Numbered from the whole stretch's first letter, positions 26,308-38,067 are shown. The stretch: 63,475 bases of DNA, filler included, from Octopus bimaculoides (GCF_001194135.2; 5 parts of 4 records of this genome joined end to end with filler, not necessarily neighbours in it), one strand, 5' to 3'. Translations and numbers: made by a program. Notes: generated by a model from the sequence alone, not told the origin.

Positions 26308-26724
26308 ATACATGTGTGTGTATGTGTGGATATATGTGTGTATATATATATATATATGTGTGTGTGTATATTGTATAAGTGTGTCTGTAGATAATAAAGT
26401 ACTTTGTTAGTTTGAATACTTTGTAATTATTACGCGTAAATTTCCTGATTGTCTACCTTCGTTATGAATCGGCTGTTGTTTTGAAACTAAGATAACTGAA
26501 CTTTCTCTATTGTCTCAAGTCATGTGTGTGTGTGTGTGTGCACGGGAGTGCTCTGTGTTTCTGTGCGTGCATGGGAGTGCTGTGTGTGTGTGTAGGAGGG
26601 TTCTATGTCTGTGTGTTAAAATTAAAATAATTGGGTGACAGAAAAAGTATTGTGATAGACAAGCATCATTTTGTAACATATTGTTTCTGAGTTCAGAGTT
26701 TTAAGAATACATTACTATCAGTGA

Positions 26725-27670
26725 GTGGAGGCGCAATGGCCCAGTGGTTGGGGCAGCGGACTCGTGGTCATAGGATTGCGGTTTCGATTCCCAGACCGGG
26801 CATTCTGTTTCTTCAATGGAAATTGTTTTGATGTGTCGCGACACATTTTATGCCATCGGTCTGGGCAATGACTTTCCCAAGATGTCAAGTTAAGCTGTAG
26901 AAATTTTAGTGACTGCTTCACCTTATCCTTATACCAAAGGATAGGTCTTCCTTTACCACGGAATCTCTCTACTTGTTAGCCTTACAAAAGAGACGGTCAT
27001 AGGATCGCGGTTTCGATTCCCAGACCGGGCATTGTGAGTGTTTATTGAACGCAAACACCTAAAGCTCCACGAGGCTCCGGCAGGGGATGGTGGCGAACCC
27101 TGCTGTACTCTTTCACCACAACTATCTCTCACTCTTACTTCCTGTTTCTGTTGTGCCTGTAATTCAAAGGGTCAGCTTTGTCACACTGTGTCACGCTGAA
27201 TATCCCCAAGAACTAAGTTAAGGGTACATGTGTCTGTGGAGTGCTCAGCCACTTGCATGTTAATTTCACGAGCAGGCTGTTCCGTTGATCGGATCAACTG
27301 GAACCCTCGACGTCATAAGCAACGGCGTGCCAACTAAACTATCAGTGAAAGCATGTGGCTTAGTGGTTAAGATATTCAGCTCGCAATCATATCGTCATGA
27401 GTTCAATTCCTGGTGGCACGTCGTGTCCTTCTGCATGTCACTTTATTTCACAATACACCAGTCCACTCAGCTGGCAAATATGAGTTGTGCCTGTAATTCA
27501 TAAGAGCCAGCCTTGTCACATTTCTGTGTCGCACTAAATCTCCCTGAGAACTATGTTAAGGATATGCACGTTTGTGGAGTACTCGGCTGCTTGCACGTTA
27601 ATTTCACAAGCAAGCTGTTCCATTGATTGAATCAACAGGAACACTTGTCATCGTAACAGAAAGCGTGTTC
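26725..27670 (+). mobile_element. cluster of family-G tRNA-SINEs (head 26725-26810, copy 26995-27335, related copy 27345-27670)
   Basis: Repeated tRNA-like heads and the shared body gtgcctgtaattcaaagggtcagc.ttgtcacactgtgtcacgctgaatatcccc.agaacta.gttaagg. Confidence 0.8.
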
Positions 27671-27751
27671 AGTTATTATCATTAATATACGCAATCCATC
27701 CATCCATCTTCTTCCCCGCACTAGTCCTGGGGATGTTTTGGTGGTAGAATC

Positions 27752-28025
27752 ATCATCAGACGCTCCTCCGTAGCGTCCTACCAGAAGTGACCATCATTAC
27801 ACTTTCCGGCTGGAATCCCAAGCATAACCAACTGAGACTATGGGTATCATCAAACCATCTTGGTGTTGGTCTACCTTTAGGCCTCCTACAGGCTGTGAGA
27901 TTAGCCCTCAAGCACCTCCTGCATAGGATCCTATCAAAATTCACCATGATCACACTTTCTGACTGGATTCCCAAGCATGACCTGTTTAGAATATGGATAC
28001 CATCAAACCATCTTAGTCTACCCTT
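27752..28025 (-). mobile_element. two tandem RTE-like LINE 3' tail fragments
   Basis: Duplicated block accat.at.acactttc.g.ctgga.tcccaagcat.acc...catcaaaccatctt; minus translation RRPKGRPTPRWFDD resembles the RTE C-terminal RxRGRPxxRWxD motif. Confidence 0.6.
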
Positions 28026-28124
28026 AGTTGGCTCATCTTTGGAATGAAACTCACTACCTCACAATTGTGAGCCCCCCCCCNNNNNNNNNNNNNNNNNNNN
28101 NNNNNNNNNNNNNNNNNNNNNNNN

Positions 28125-28136
28125 TTAATTAATTAA
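28125..28136. other. artificial assembly linker
   Basis: 44N-TTAATTAATTAA-44N. Confidence 0.95.
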
Positions 28137-28180
28137 NNNNNNNNNNNNNNNNNNNNNNNNNNNNNNNNNNNNNNNNNNNN

Positions 28181-28260
<80 letters not shown>

Positions 28261-28482
28261 GAATTCCTTCAAGAATCAATGAATAATTTTATAGTTTTCA
28301 GTCTCTAAAATGTGTGAAAATACGGTAAAATAAAGTAAACGGGCATATACAGCGATTTAAACTTTAGAAATATCAAGAATGTTCAAAATATTTATTTAAA
28401 AATATTTATAAACATGCATAATTTCCAAGTTGTATAAAAATATGACAATTTAAGTTAAAAACATTACGGTATATAAACATAC

Positions 28483-28588
28483 AGTATGATTTAACTGGGT
28501 ATCCCTGAAACAGGAATACCGAAGCGCACGGGACAAAACAGCAACAGAACATCCAAAGTGTGGCAAAGTAAAATCCAAGTTTCACCAT
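28483..28588 (-). CDS. candidate first coding exon with signal-peptide-like N-terminus
   Basis: MVKLGFYFATLWMFCCCFVPCASVFLFQGYPVKSY then T|GTatgt donor; basic n-region, hydrophobic core and small-residue c-region; in-frame upstream stop. Confidence 0.3.
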
Positions 28589-28885
28589 TCCGCAGGTAAC
28601 ATCAGTAAAGTCAAACCATAAACATCATTTACAGTGAATTACGAGTATAGGTGGAGCACCAACACAGAACGTCTATGGCCATCTCAGGGGTATATCACCG
28701 TATTTAATGCACAATAGAGCACGACTAAATCTCTCATATATGAGGCAGGAAGTTACTGCATCCCTAAATAATAATNNNNNNNNNNNNNNNNNNNNNNNNN
28801 NNNNNNNNNNNNNNNNNNNNNNNNNNNNNNNNNNNNNNNNNNNNNNNNNNNNNNNNNNNNNNNNNNNNNNNNNNNNNNNNNNNNN

Positions 28886-29256
28886 CAAATATACTTCACT
28901 TTATCGTGCAGTTACTGTTAACACCTCGTTCAGAGATTTAACATTGCTTGTTTTCACTTTTTCGATATCAGTGAATAACTTCACTGGAAAAAGACTTATA
29001 TATTGCCAAGGGATTGTCATTCTCATCAAAGGTCGGCGATTATCGTACGCTGAAGAAGGGAAATAACCCTGAAACTCGGGTCCGTACGTATCGCAGATCA
29101 AGATGGGAAGGATAACTTCCCTTGGCAAAAATAGACAGGACACAGATATGTGTCGATAAGCCAGCTGGAGGAGATGTTCTCCTGGGGCTAAAAGCAACAG
29201 TAACATCCACCCTTAGGGGTCAGCCACATTTAAATGGCAAATATACTTCACTTTAT
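28886..29256 (+). mobile_element. retrozyme-like / Penelope pLTR-like unit of ~352 bp bounded by 19-bp direct repeats
   Basis: CAAATATACTTCACTTTAT at 28886-28904 and 29238-29256; contains a hammerhead and several hairpins (GGGAAG-gataa-CTTCCC, GACACA-gata-TGTGTC, GGAG-atgtt-CTCC). Confidence 0.6.
29036..29094 (+). ncRNA. type I hammerhead ribozyme
   Basis: Stem I CGTACG/CGTACG extended by GCGAT/ATCGC; core CTGAAGA (29050-29056); stem II AGGG-aaataa-CCCT; GAAA (29071-29074); minimal stem III AC-tcgg-GT; GUC cleavage triplet at 29080-29082. Confidence 0.8.
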
Positions 29257-30460
29257 ATTATAGAAGTTCATGTTCAATACTATACTTAGCTTAATAAATG
29301 TCAGTATTTTCATCATAAACATCAATATTTAGCCTCAAACAGTAATTCATGACTACACATTTAGTGAATCTATGCTCCTCATGTCGGAGATGCCCTTCTT
29401 TTATGTGAGGGAAATCTGTCATATTTGGTGCTCCTGATTTATGATCCTATTTAGAACTACATCTAACTATCCAGTGCGAAATACTAGCTCTCTTAGATAT
29501 GCTCACACACTTTTAAAATACTAACCATGAGATTTCTTTCTTATAATAACAAAACGTGTTATCAAGGGAAAATGCCTGTGGTTATGTTGAAAAAGTAGAT
29601 TTGTCTCGCGATGTGACAAATAAATTCGTGAAATGAAAACCCTTTCTTCTATACTGTTGCCAGTAAATATTTCTGCTGCATAAAGAAAATGGGTGCGCGT
29701 TTCTGTAATTGGTGCTCCTGTTCTATTTAGTAAACCTTTCAGAAGTCTGAGGTTTCGTTCTCACATTATAATACGCGGTGGAATGAATAATATAATATGA
29801 GGTGGAATTCTACGTGGATTTTGTTGATTTGAAAATTCCACTGGAAAATTTATAGCCCAGCTTCATCGTTCATTAAAATGATTATCATCTTGACCCTGAT
29901 AATCCTCTACACCATCCTCATCATATTCGCGATCACCCTCCTCCACCTCCTCATCATCATCATCAACTTTATGATCAGCAATTATCGAATCATTGCCTTT
30001 ATATTATTTTGCTGAATGCCATTGTTAAGTTTAAATATTTCACTAACTTTCGTAGTCAGCACAGTCAGGTAGATTCCCAATGTAAATCATGTAAATCAAA
30101 GGAGGCATCATTACTGATATCAACTGAATTTACAATAAATAAAGCTGACTATATCATCGACAATCATTCCTTTTGACATGGAAAGTATATAATCATCAAA
30201 CCCAGCATTGCTTGTGAAAATACCATTTCTAATATGCAAGATCCAAATGTGAAATTCTTCTTGCTCAGCATTTCACATTCTCTAGAACATTACTATGAGC
30301 AAAATCAAATATATGACATCCTAATAGACTTCTAAATTGTTGTCTCCTGAGGTCTCTGGGTGAGACTTTGAGTCAACTTGTACAAATAGAAAGCAAAAGT
30401 CAGACATATAATAATAATAATAATGATAATAATAATAAGAGATAATAATAATAATGAGAT

Positions 30461-30825
30461 GACAACGTTTCCCTAAAAGAAATGAAGAAACTTTCAAAAT
30501 ACATAGACCTGGAAATAGAGGTAACTCGAATGTGGAATCTAAAAACAGAAACAATTCCTATCATAGTAGGTGCCTTAGGTATAATAAAATATATTCAGAC
30601 AAATACATAACAAAAACACCAGGACTTACAAATATATATAACATACAGAAAATTGGACTACTGGGCACTGCACACATCCTACGCAAAGCCCTTTCAATAC
30701 AGTAACCATAAGAGCATCACAGCAAACCACAGCACATACCCAAGGCGCACAGAGCTGCGCTCGGTAGTGAAGTGAAAGCACGTTATAAAAATAAAACTAC
30801 TGAACAATAATAATAATAATAATAA
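30461..30825 (+). mobile_element. 5'-truncated R4/Dong-like RLE non-LTR element inside an (AAT)n tract
   Basis: NVSLKEMKKLSKYIDLEIEVTRMWNLKTETIPIIVGALG, frameshift, YITKTPGLTNIYNIQKIGLLGTAHILRKALSIQ* (stop 30703-30705); 3' UTR with gcgctcggtagtg; (AAT)n on both sides. Confidence 0.85.
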
Positions 30826-30965
30826 CAATCTTTTCTACTAAAGTTACAGAACCTGAATTTTGTGGAAGAGGATATATCCATATGTGAATCGTAATGGAAA
30901 ACATCTATTTCCATTGCTATATCAAAAGTGACAAGAATAGAGTGAGAGAAATATTGGAGACGTAC

Positions 30966-31032
30966 CTGAGTTGAAAGGCAATGTTCAGTTGGTCATATAT
31001 TTCATGTTCACTCTGGTGGTGTGCTTTCGTTT
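30966..31032 (-). CDS. candidate 67-nt exon (TKAHHQSEHEIYDQLNIAFQL)
   Basis: Strong acceptor ttcttgatttttattttaaAG and donor CAG|GTacgt; only one open frame (phase 1-2), so it cannot follow an LRR exon directly without a stop (LNESTPPE*). Confidence 0.4.
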
Positions 31033-31559
31033 CTTTAAAATAAAAATCAAGAAATGTGAATAACCTATTTAACTATAAACCTCCGCCAACCAGGTTTTAA
31101 CTATTCTCAACCTGTNNNNNNNNNNCAATAGCTTTTCTCAATTTATTTCACCTCTAACCACATCTCTTTTTATTTTTTTGACCCGTCTTATTTACTTCTG
31201 CCGACCGCCAACACCTCTTATGTGCATCACCTATGTTCTTGCCTTTAGGCTTTCAATTTGATTCGTTCTCAGTCGAAAGATACTTATTATTTCTTGTTTT
31301 TATTCGTAATTGTGTACCGTGTTCTCTGTTTTTTGTTTGTTTGTCTTTTTGTCTTTGTTGCCGTACATATTCACTAGTTTTCTTGCAAATGGGGCTAATG
31401 CCCTTAGCTTAGATTTTTTGGGGTGGGGTGGATGGCAACCAGACAGAACAATCTCAAGTGTAACTGCCTGAAATGGTCGTGATTTCCGGAACTTGACTAA
31501 GCAATGAAACTACGAATGACCCGTCTTTCTTTACCTGTCTTGCTAATTCTTGTTCCTCT

Positions 31560-31573
31560 TGTATGTATATGTA

Positions 31574-31605
<32 letters not shown>

Positions 31606-31920
31606 ATCATTTCTGTCCTCCTGTCTGTTTGTGCACGAATAACTCGAGTATTGTTCATCCGATCGTGCTGAAATTTTAAACATGGATATATGAGAGAGCG
31701 GGGCGCTCCGTAATCTGAAAAGATTTTCAAAATTGTTAGTTTCAAAGTGAGAATCATTATTTTTGTCCTCTTTTTGTCCTGTTTATTCCAGCATTAAAAG
31801 CAACCAGTTTCTCAGACAGCCGGCATATAGTATTTCGTTAGCAACAAGGAGAGTACAGGATGACAGTCAGCCAAAACCGTCGCTATGCTGTCTCTCTTCT
31901 TTTCTCTCCTTGTGCAGTTA
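31560..31920 (-). mobile_element. possible Helentron/DINE-like non-autonomous repeat
   Basis: Minus strand aaatttcagcacgatcggatgaacaatactcgagttattcgtgcacaaacagacagg followed by (TA)n resembles DINE-type ends; recognised from memory only. Confidence 0.35.
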
Positions 31921-31978
31921 ATAATCTTAATCTTTAGTTACAGTGTCTCATTCAAACTACATAATAGGTAGAATTGTT

Positions 31979-32026
31979 GGATCTTTTTTAAAACGGGGGC
32001 CACATTTTTCATTAACGATACACTTT
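31979..32026. mobile_element. end of a second copy of the 37-bp-TIR MITE (opposite orientation), cut by an N gap
   Basis: ggatcttttttaaaacgggggccacatttttcattaacgatacacttt is the reverse complement of the right end of 24604-25156 with one mismatch. Confidence 0.85.
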
Positions 32027-32126
32027 NNNNNNNNNNNNNNNNNNNNNNNNNNNNNNNNNNNNNNNNNNNNNNNNNNNNNNNNNNNNNNNNNNNNNNNNNN
32101 NNNNNNNNNNNNNNNNNNNNNNNNNN

Positions 32127-33315
32127 GCCTCCTCTTCACATTCATGTGGACAGGTTCGTTCGGTGAGGCGTCCGTGACTATTGATGCGCAGACATACGCT
32201 GAGGATACGGTATCTCCAGATATTCTGCCTAAACGGAGAACAGGTGTAGTTGCCGTCTGTCAAACAGGCACTTTCCCAACTTCTCTGCTTTACTAAGCTG
32301 CAGTCCTAGGTCGAGAAGAAACCCAGAGAGAGAGAGAGAGAGTGTGTGTCTGGCATCTGGAATGTTGCCAAGCACTCACCAGTGCGAAAAATCGGTCAGT
32401 GGAGAATCAACGGTTCAAATTATGTAGAGGGTTACCGGCGAAAAAGTACGATGGCGCACTCGGAGAGACTCTGGGCATCAAGAAAGTCGAACTGACCGGT
32501 GTGTCCCTGAGGACGTTTGAGCCGGGGCTGATGAATAACTTCCAGATATCCCTCACTTCGCAGTGCTACCAGGGCGCACCGCCCATCCGAGATAAACTCT
32601 GCAGGCACGGAGGTGCTCTCACACGAATCTGCCCTCATTGCACACAGAGCGACAAAACCGTCCTGCAAACGCTCGTTCAGTGTCAGGTAATACTGACTTG
32701 TGGAGTTGTGTCGAACAGTTGCTGTTGCGTGCAGGATAGATCTGTCTATAGGCCGAGTCCATAGTGAAGACCGACCCGTCGCTTTCTTTGGCCGGGAAGG
32801 GCCGGGATATTTCCTCTGTGTGGCAGCAGTAGCAAAAGAGGTTGTGTATTGGAGCAGGTTGCAATGTCTAGAGACAGACTTTTCTCTTCGGCAAAAACCC
32901 TCATCAAATATTTCAGACTTCACTTGGAAAGAAGATGAGAATGTATAAAGAAGTGATGACCCCCATCACATTTGCTGAAAGGTTTGAATGTTGCTAAAAT
33001 GGTCCGCCTGAGTGGTTCTGCTCTAATGCGTCTTTAGGGTGGTGAATTTGAGGAGGAAGGTTTTACCCTTCCAAGTACAATCGAAGCATCGACGTGGCTC
33101 AGGATTAGGGGCTACCTGAGCAAACCCTGGGTGGTCATCACCCCTACTGGGGAAATTTCGTTGTAATATTTTTCTTGACCCCTGGTTTTGTTATTGTTTT
33201 GTAACTGTATACTCGTAGTTTTGTGAAAAAGCCCCACAATCCCCATCTACTGTATTGTCCCTTATACGTCGGCACTAGTGGCTAATAAATGAAATTATTA
33301 TTATTATTATTATTA
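32127..33315 (+). mobile_element. Tx1/L1-like LINE 3' portion with (ATT)n tail
   Basis: QCYQGAPPIRDKLCRHGGALTRICPHCTQSDKTVLQTLVQC resembles the C-terminal CxxC...H..C knuckle of L1/Tx1 ORF2; the 3' UTR gtattgtcccttatacgtcggcactagtggctaataaatgaaattatt recurs at 40305-40360. Confidence 0.75.
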
Positions 33316-33812
33316 ATAGTAGTAGTATTAGTAGTAGTATTAATAGTAGTACTATGTCTTGCTGCTGTTGCAGTTGTCGCAGCTGTTGTTTTTCTTGCGG
33401 TACATGAAGGAGGATGTGATGGTGACGGGGAGAAGGAAAAGTAGGAGGAAAGAAATGATCAACAGAGAAGAAATTTATGCAGACGTATATTTTGTGTTGT
33501 AGGAGTAAATGATAAATATATAGAAAAGCGTAAAATGAATTACTCTGAGTTGAAAAGTGGAGCAAAATTTAAACATGTGTAATGTAATTCACAATATATG
33601 ATTAGAACGGAGATCCATGAATGGTAATCAGCATTGATCGAGAAGTAAACATAATAAATAATATACAAAAAGGGATATACAAACAGAAGTCGTACACTGG
33701 TGTACGGCCATTCATACTGAATTACATAGATTTATTTATAGATGCACATGCATACACAAAATCATATTCATTAAGTATCAGACACTCATACATAAACCCA
33801 GACGCTGATAAC

Positions 33813-33843
<31 letters not shown>

Positions 33844-34002
33844 CCTCAGACATTAACCCAGAATTGCATATTCCTGGGGAATGCGACTGAGTATATGTAA
33901 TGCGTCAAGGAGATTGAGAGAGAAAAAGGAAAGCATGGAAGGAATTAAATGTTTAGAATTATATTGTCAAAAGAAGAGAATCAAAAAACTAATGCAACTT
34001 AC

Positions 34003-34074
34003 AGAGTCCTTAAACTGGGAAGATTTTGAAAAGATCCAACTTCTAATTCATCTATTGCATTTCTATACAACTCT
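34003..34074 (-). CDS. LRR exon, type A (ELYRNAIDELEVGSFQNLPSLRTL)
   Basis: 72 nt; acceptor tttttgttacAG, donor GTaagttg; phase 2-2; typical 24-aa LRR consensus xLxxNxIxxLxxxxFxxLxxLxxL. Confidence 0.9.
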
Positions 34075-35004
34075 CTGTAACAAAAATGTGAATCGTGAAC
34101 AAACGTATAGAGGTTCGTAATGTATATACAAATATAATGCCTCAAAAATTAGGAAAGTATACGGCGATGATAACGGAGTAGACGATGATGATCATGATTC
34201 CATTGGTTGTGGTGGTGTTGGTGGTGATGTTTGTGATGGTGGTGATGGTATGACAATTTGGAGGGCGAGGACGGTTTTAATTTAGTGTTCAAGTTGATCA
34301 GGATGCTAGGTGGTGGTAGTGATGATGATGAAGAAGATGATGATGATAGTGATGATGATGGTGTTTGTGGGGGTGGTGTTTAAGATAATGATGTCGATGA
34401 GGAAGGCTATGGTAATGATGATTTTGATGATGGCGATGGTGAAGCAATTATGTAGCTGGAAATATTTTCACAGAAATAAAGAAAGTAAATCGTTAAAAGT
34501 TGGAAGGTTAGATATATTTATATATGAGTAAAGTTGCTTTAACTATACAATTAGAAGATTGAGGGGCGACATTCATCGTTCATCTAAAGGCGGTAAATGT
34601 ACAGACTTCAATACAAGTTGATACACTAGTATTAAACAAGCCATAACCAAACCATAAACACATATATATATATACACATACATGAAATGTGCTGCTTCAG
34701 CAATCCCACACGCTTATGTACTAACACGCACATACATAAAGACTCCCTAAAACACACAAGCATACTCACATCGACGAACATTCAAAATCGTTCACTTACA
34801 GCTGTGGAGGTGGTTTGAGGATGTAGATAGAGACAAAGATAAAGAGCGCAATAGAATGGGGTGGCAATTAAAAATTATAAATACGACGGCAATGAAATAC
34901 TATCAAGAATGATCCAAATCACTATTCTGTTAAACTAGAAAATTTCTGGAAAATTCTTCCTTCAATTTTCTAGATAGCATTGTCATACAATATGCTTACT
35001 GTCA

Positions 35005-35284
35005 TCCCAAATATAATGCAGTTTTTATACTACTTAATTTTCATAAATAGTATAAACAAAGTTCTCTTCTAATCTAAAATATACTCTCCTTCATTTTCTA
35101 CAATGCTCTTCCATCTATCTGGCAGACCTCTGAGGCCCCTATCCGAAACTTCACTTGTCCGCAACGAAAAATACTCCTCCAGTACTGTTCTGATCTCCAC
35201 TAAAAAATTCAAATTTTTTTCCCATTCAAATGATTTCGACGAGTGCAGAATAACTGATAATCAGATGTGCGAAATATACATCCA
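35005..35284 (-). mobile_element. mariner 3' remnant (paralog of 42094-42370)
   Basis: gtcatcccaaatataatgc TIR-like end and a decayed transposase C-terminus aligning to 42100-42360. Confidence 0.65.
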
Positions 35285-36009
35285 NNNNNNNNNNNNNNNN
35301 NNNNNNNNNNNNNNNNNNNNNNNNNNNNNNNNNNNNNNNNNNNNNNNNNNNNNNNNNNNNNNNNNNNNNNNNNNNNNNNNNNNNNNNNNNNNNNNNNNNN
35401 NNNNNNNNNNNNNNNNNNNNNNNNNNNNNNNNNNNNNNNNNNNNNNNNNNNNNNNNNNNNNNNNNNNNNNNNNNNNNNNNNNNNNNNNNNNNNNNNNNNN
35501 NNNNNNNNNNNNNNNNNNNNNNNNNNNNNNNNNNNNNNNNNNNNNNNNNNNNNNNNNNNNNNNNNNNNNNNNNNNNNNNNNNNNNNNNNNNNNNNNNNNN
35601 NNNNNNNNNNNNNNNNNNNNNNNNNNNNNNNNNNNNNNNNNNNNNNNNNNNNNNNNNNNNNNNNNNNNNNNNNNNNNNNNNNNNNNNNNNNNNNNNNNNN
35701 NNNNNNNNNNNNNNNNNNNNNNNNNNNNNNNNNNNNNNNNNNNNNNNNNNNNNNNNNNNNNNNNNNNNNNNNNNNNNNNNNNNNNNNNNNNNNNNNNNNN
35801 NNNNNNNNNNNNNNNNNNNNNNNNNNNNNNNNNNNNNNNNNNNNNNNNNNNNNNNNNNNNNNNNNNNNNNNNNNNNTGCTGATGATGGGATGATGTTAAA
35901 TTTGATCATTGTAAAGTGGATGAGAATTCGCAGGTTTTGTTGTGATGAAGTATATGATATTGATGATGATGTTGGCGTTGTAGATTGTGCATGTGTAAAA
36001 GAATAAGAT

Positions 36010-36120
36010 TAAGAAGAAGAAGTAGAAGAAGAAGAAGAAAATGAAGAAGAAGAAGAAGAAGAAGAAGAAGAAGAAGAAGAAGAAGAAGAAGAAGAAGAAG
36101 AAGAAGAAGAAGAAGAAGAA
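36010..36120. repeat. (GAA)n microsatellite
   Basis: Directly visible; paralogous tract at 38340-38499. Confidence 0.95.
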
Positions 36121-36455
36121 AACAAAAACAACAACATGTAAAGAATTTGTTTAATTAGAACGGAGAGCCATGAATGGTAAACAGCGTTGATCGAGAAGTA
36201 AACATACGAAATAATATACAAAAGGATACACAAGTGAAGTCGTAAACTCGTGTACGTTCACTCATACTGAAAGACAGACTTATGTACATATATACAAAGA
36301 TTATGATAAATGATATACAATAGGACATACAAGCACAAGTCGTACACTCGGGTACATTCAGTGATACTGCAAGACACAGACTTACATATGCGCATACATA
36401 GTCCAAATCATATGCATTAATTATCAGAAACTCATGCATAGACTCAGAAACTGAG

Positions 36456-36486
<31 letters not shown>

Positions 36487-36645
36487 TTTCCGAGGTATTC
36501 ACAAAGAATAAATAGTCCAGTGGAAAGCGACTGAGTGTATATGGTGCGTCAAGAAGAGTGAGAGTAAAAGGAAAGCATGGAAAGACATGAAATGTTTAGA
36601 ATTATATTGTCAATAAGAGAGAATCAAAAATTGAATGCAACTTAC

Positions 36646-36717
36646 AGAGATTCTAAACTGGGAAGATCTTGAAACGATCCAACTTCTAATTCACTGATAG
36701 CATTATTATGCAAAGTT
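36646..36717 (-). CDS. LRR exon, type A (TLHNNAISELEVGSFQDLPSLESL)
   Basis: 72 nt, tttttgttacAG / GTaagttg, open frame, phase 2-2. Confidence 0.9.
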
Positions 36718-37164
36718 CTGTAACAAAAAAGGGAGGCGTGAAAATATGTGCACAGGTCCGAATGAAATGTAAAATATATTGCCTAAATTTGAGGAAAGTG
36801 TTGATGATGCTGATGATGATGGTGTAGATGTTGATGGTGGAGATGATGATGGTGTAGATGATGATGGTGGTGCTGATGTTGATTTATGATGGTGATGGTG
36901 GTTGACGTGATGTCGGTTGTGATGTTTGTGATGGTGGTGATGGATGAGATCATAATTTATTGTTCAAGTTGATGATGCTGATGCCGGTTGTTGTGGCATT
37001 GATGATGATGATGATGATGAAGGTGATGATGATGATCAGGATGATGATGATGATGATGATGATGGTGCTTGTGTTTATGATAATGGTGTTGAACACCTTT
37101 CGTCTTGATAAGAAAGATGGTCGTTTTTCTTTTAGATCTGACGTAAGCCACTCAAACTGCTTTC

Positions 37165-37315
37165 ACTAGATAGTCTTCGTCATTGTTTGGCTTGGGTTTA
37201 AATGTTCAAAGTGGACTAGACAAATCATATCCCACCAAACAAATAGTAACTCCTTAAATGGGGGAAGATCTTCTTTAAACCTGGGGTGTCGGTGTTTCTC
37301 CATATTCAGGGACCT
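37165..37315 (-). mobile_element. mariner internal remnant (paralog of 42530-42670)
   Basis: ttcaaagtggactagacaaatcatatcccaccaaacaaatagtaac aligns with ttcaaagtgaaccagacaactcatatcccaccaaacacatagtaac. Confidence 0.6.
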
Positions 37316-37995
37316 TTTGAGCGTGATAGGCTACTCTACCCGAAGGAAATTCTAACTGGGCCCCAACTGCGAGGTCATGCGCTGTTTATTTTGATATGAG
37401 ATCACCATGTCGTGCACATATTGTTGTGATGCANNNNNNNNNNCCATGTCGTGCACATATTGTTGTGATGCAGGTGCCTGGTGTACCCTTATCAGACGGG
37501 TAGTCATGATGGGTATACTGGGCGTCGTATATTTTACTCCAGAAATAGATATAGAAGGATATGAAGGTGAAGAAGAAGTGGAAAAAAAAAATGAAGGAGA
37601 ATAGCATCATCGACAACAATAACATCAGCAATGACAACCAAAACAACTAAAACGGTTAAAGAATATTTTTAAAATTTAAAAATCACCTGGTGCAAAAATA
37701 TACATCTACAAGGGTTATTCAAAACTGTTAATTAGATTCCATCTACAGTTAGACACCGTATGTAATGTACATACATACACTCACATCCATTCATCCATAC
37801 AGAGATGCATACCCATGCATGTACCAAATGCTTCCCCTCAAGCATCAGGCTCCCATATATCGCACATCTCGTAGTTTGGCTCATACTCACGTTCACATAC
37901 ATTCACAAACTGTAAATTGCATCTCTAGAAAGACATTACAGATTTAGAAAGACATCGTCAACGAAATACGATAAAAGTAGGTCGATTCAACTTAC

Positions 37996-38067
37996 AGAGT
38001 TGTCAAACTGGAAAGATTTCGGAAGGTTTTTGCTTTGATCTTCGCAATTTTATTACTGTACAACTCC
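37996..38067 (-). CDS. LRR exon, type B (ELYSNKIAKIKAKTFRNLSSLTTL)
   Basis: 72 nt, ttatgttccAG / GTaagttg, open frame, phase 2-2. Confidence 0.9.

Noticed and set aside
29300-29730. Two minus-strand segments starting ctaaatAG...caggagcaccaa that could be terminal exons
   Set aside because: Open frames are short and unrecognisable; no independent support.
31944-31978. Possible degenerate LRR exon end (...SLNETL|GTAACT) cut by the MITE
   Set aside because: Too little similarity to the A/B exons and no acceptor visible.
33881-34120. Plus-strand ORF MRLSICNASRR...ESLNWEDFEKIQLLIH
   Set aside because: Antisense shadow of the minus-strand LRR exon 34003-34074 and its conserved intron.
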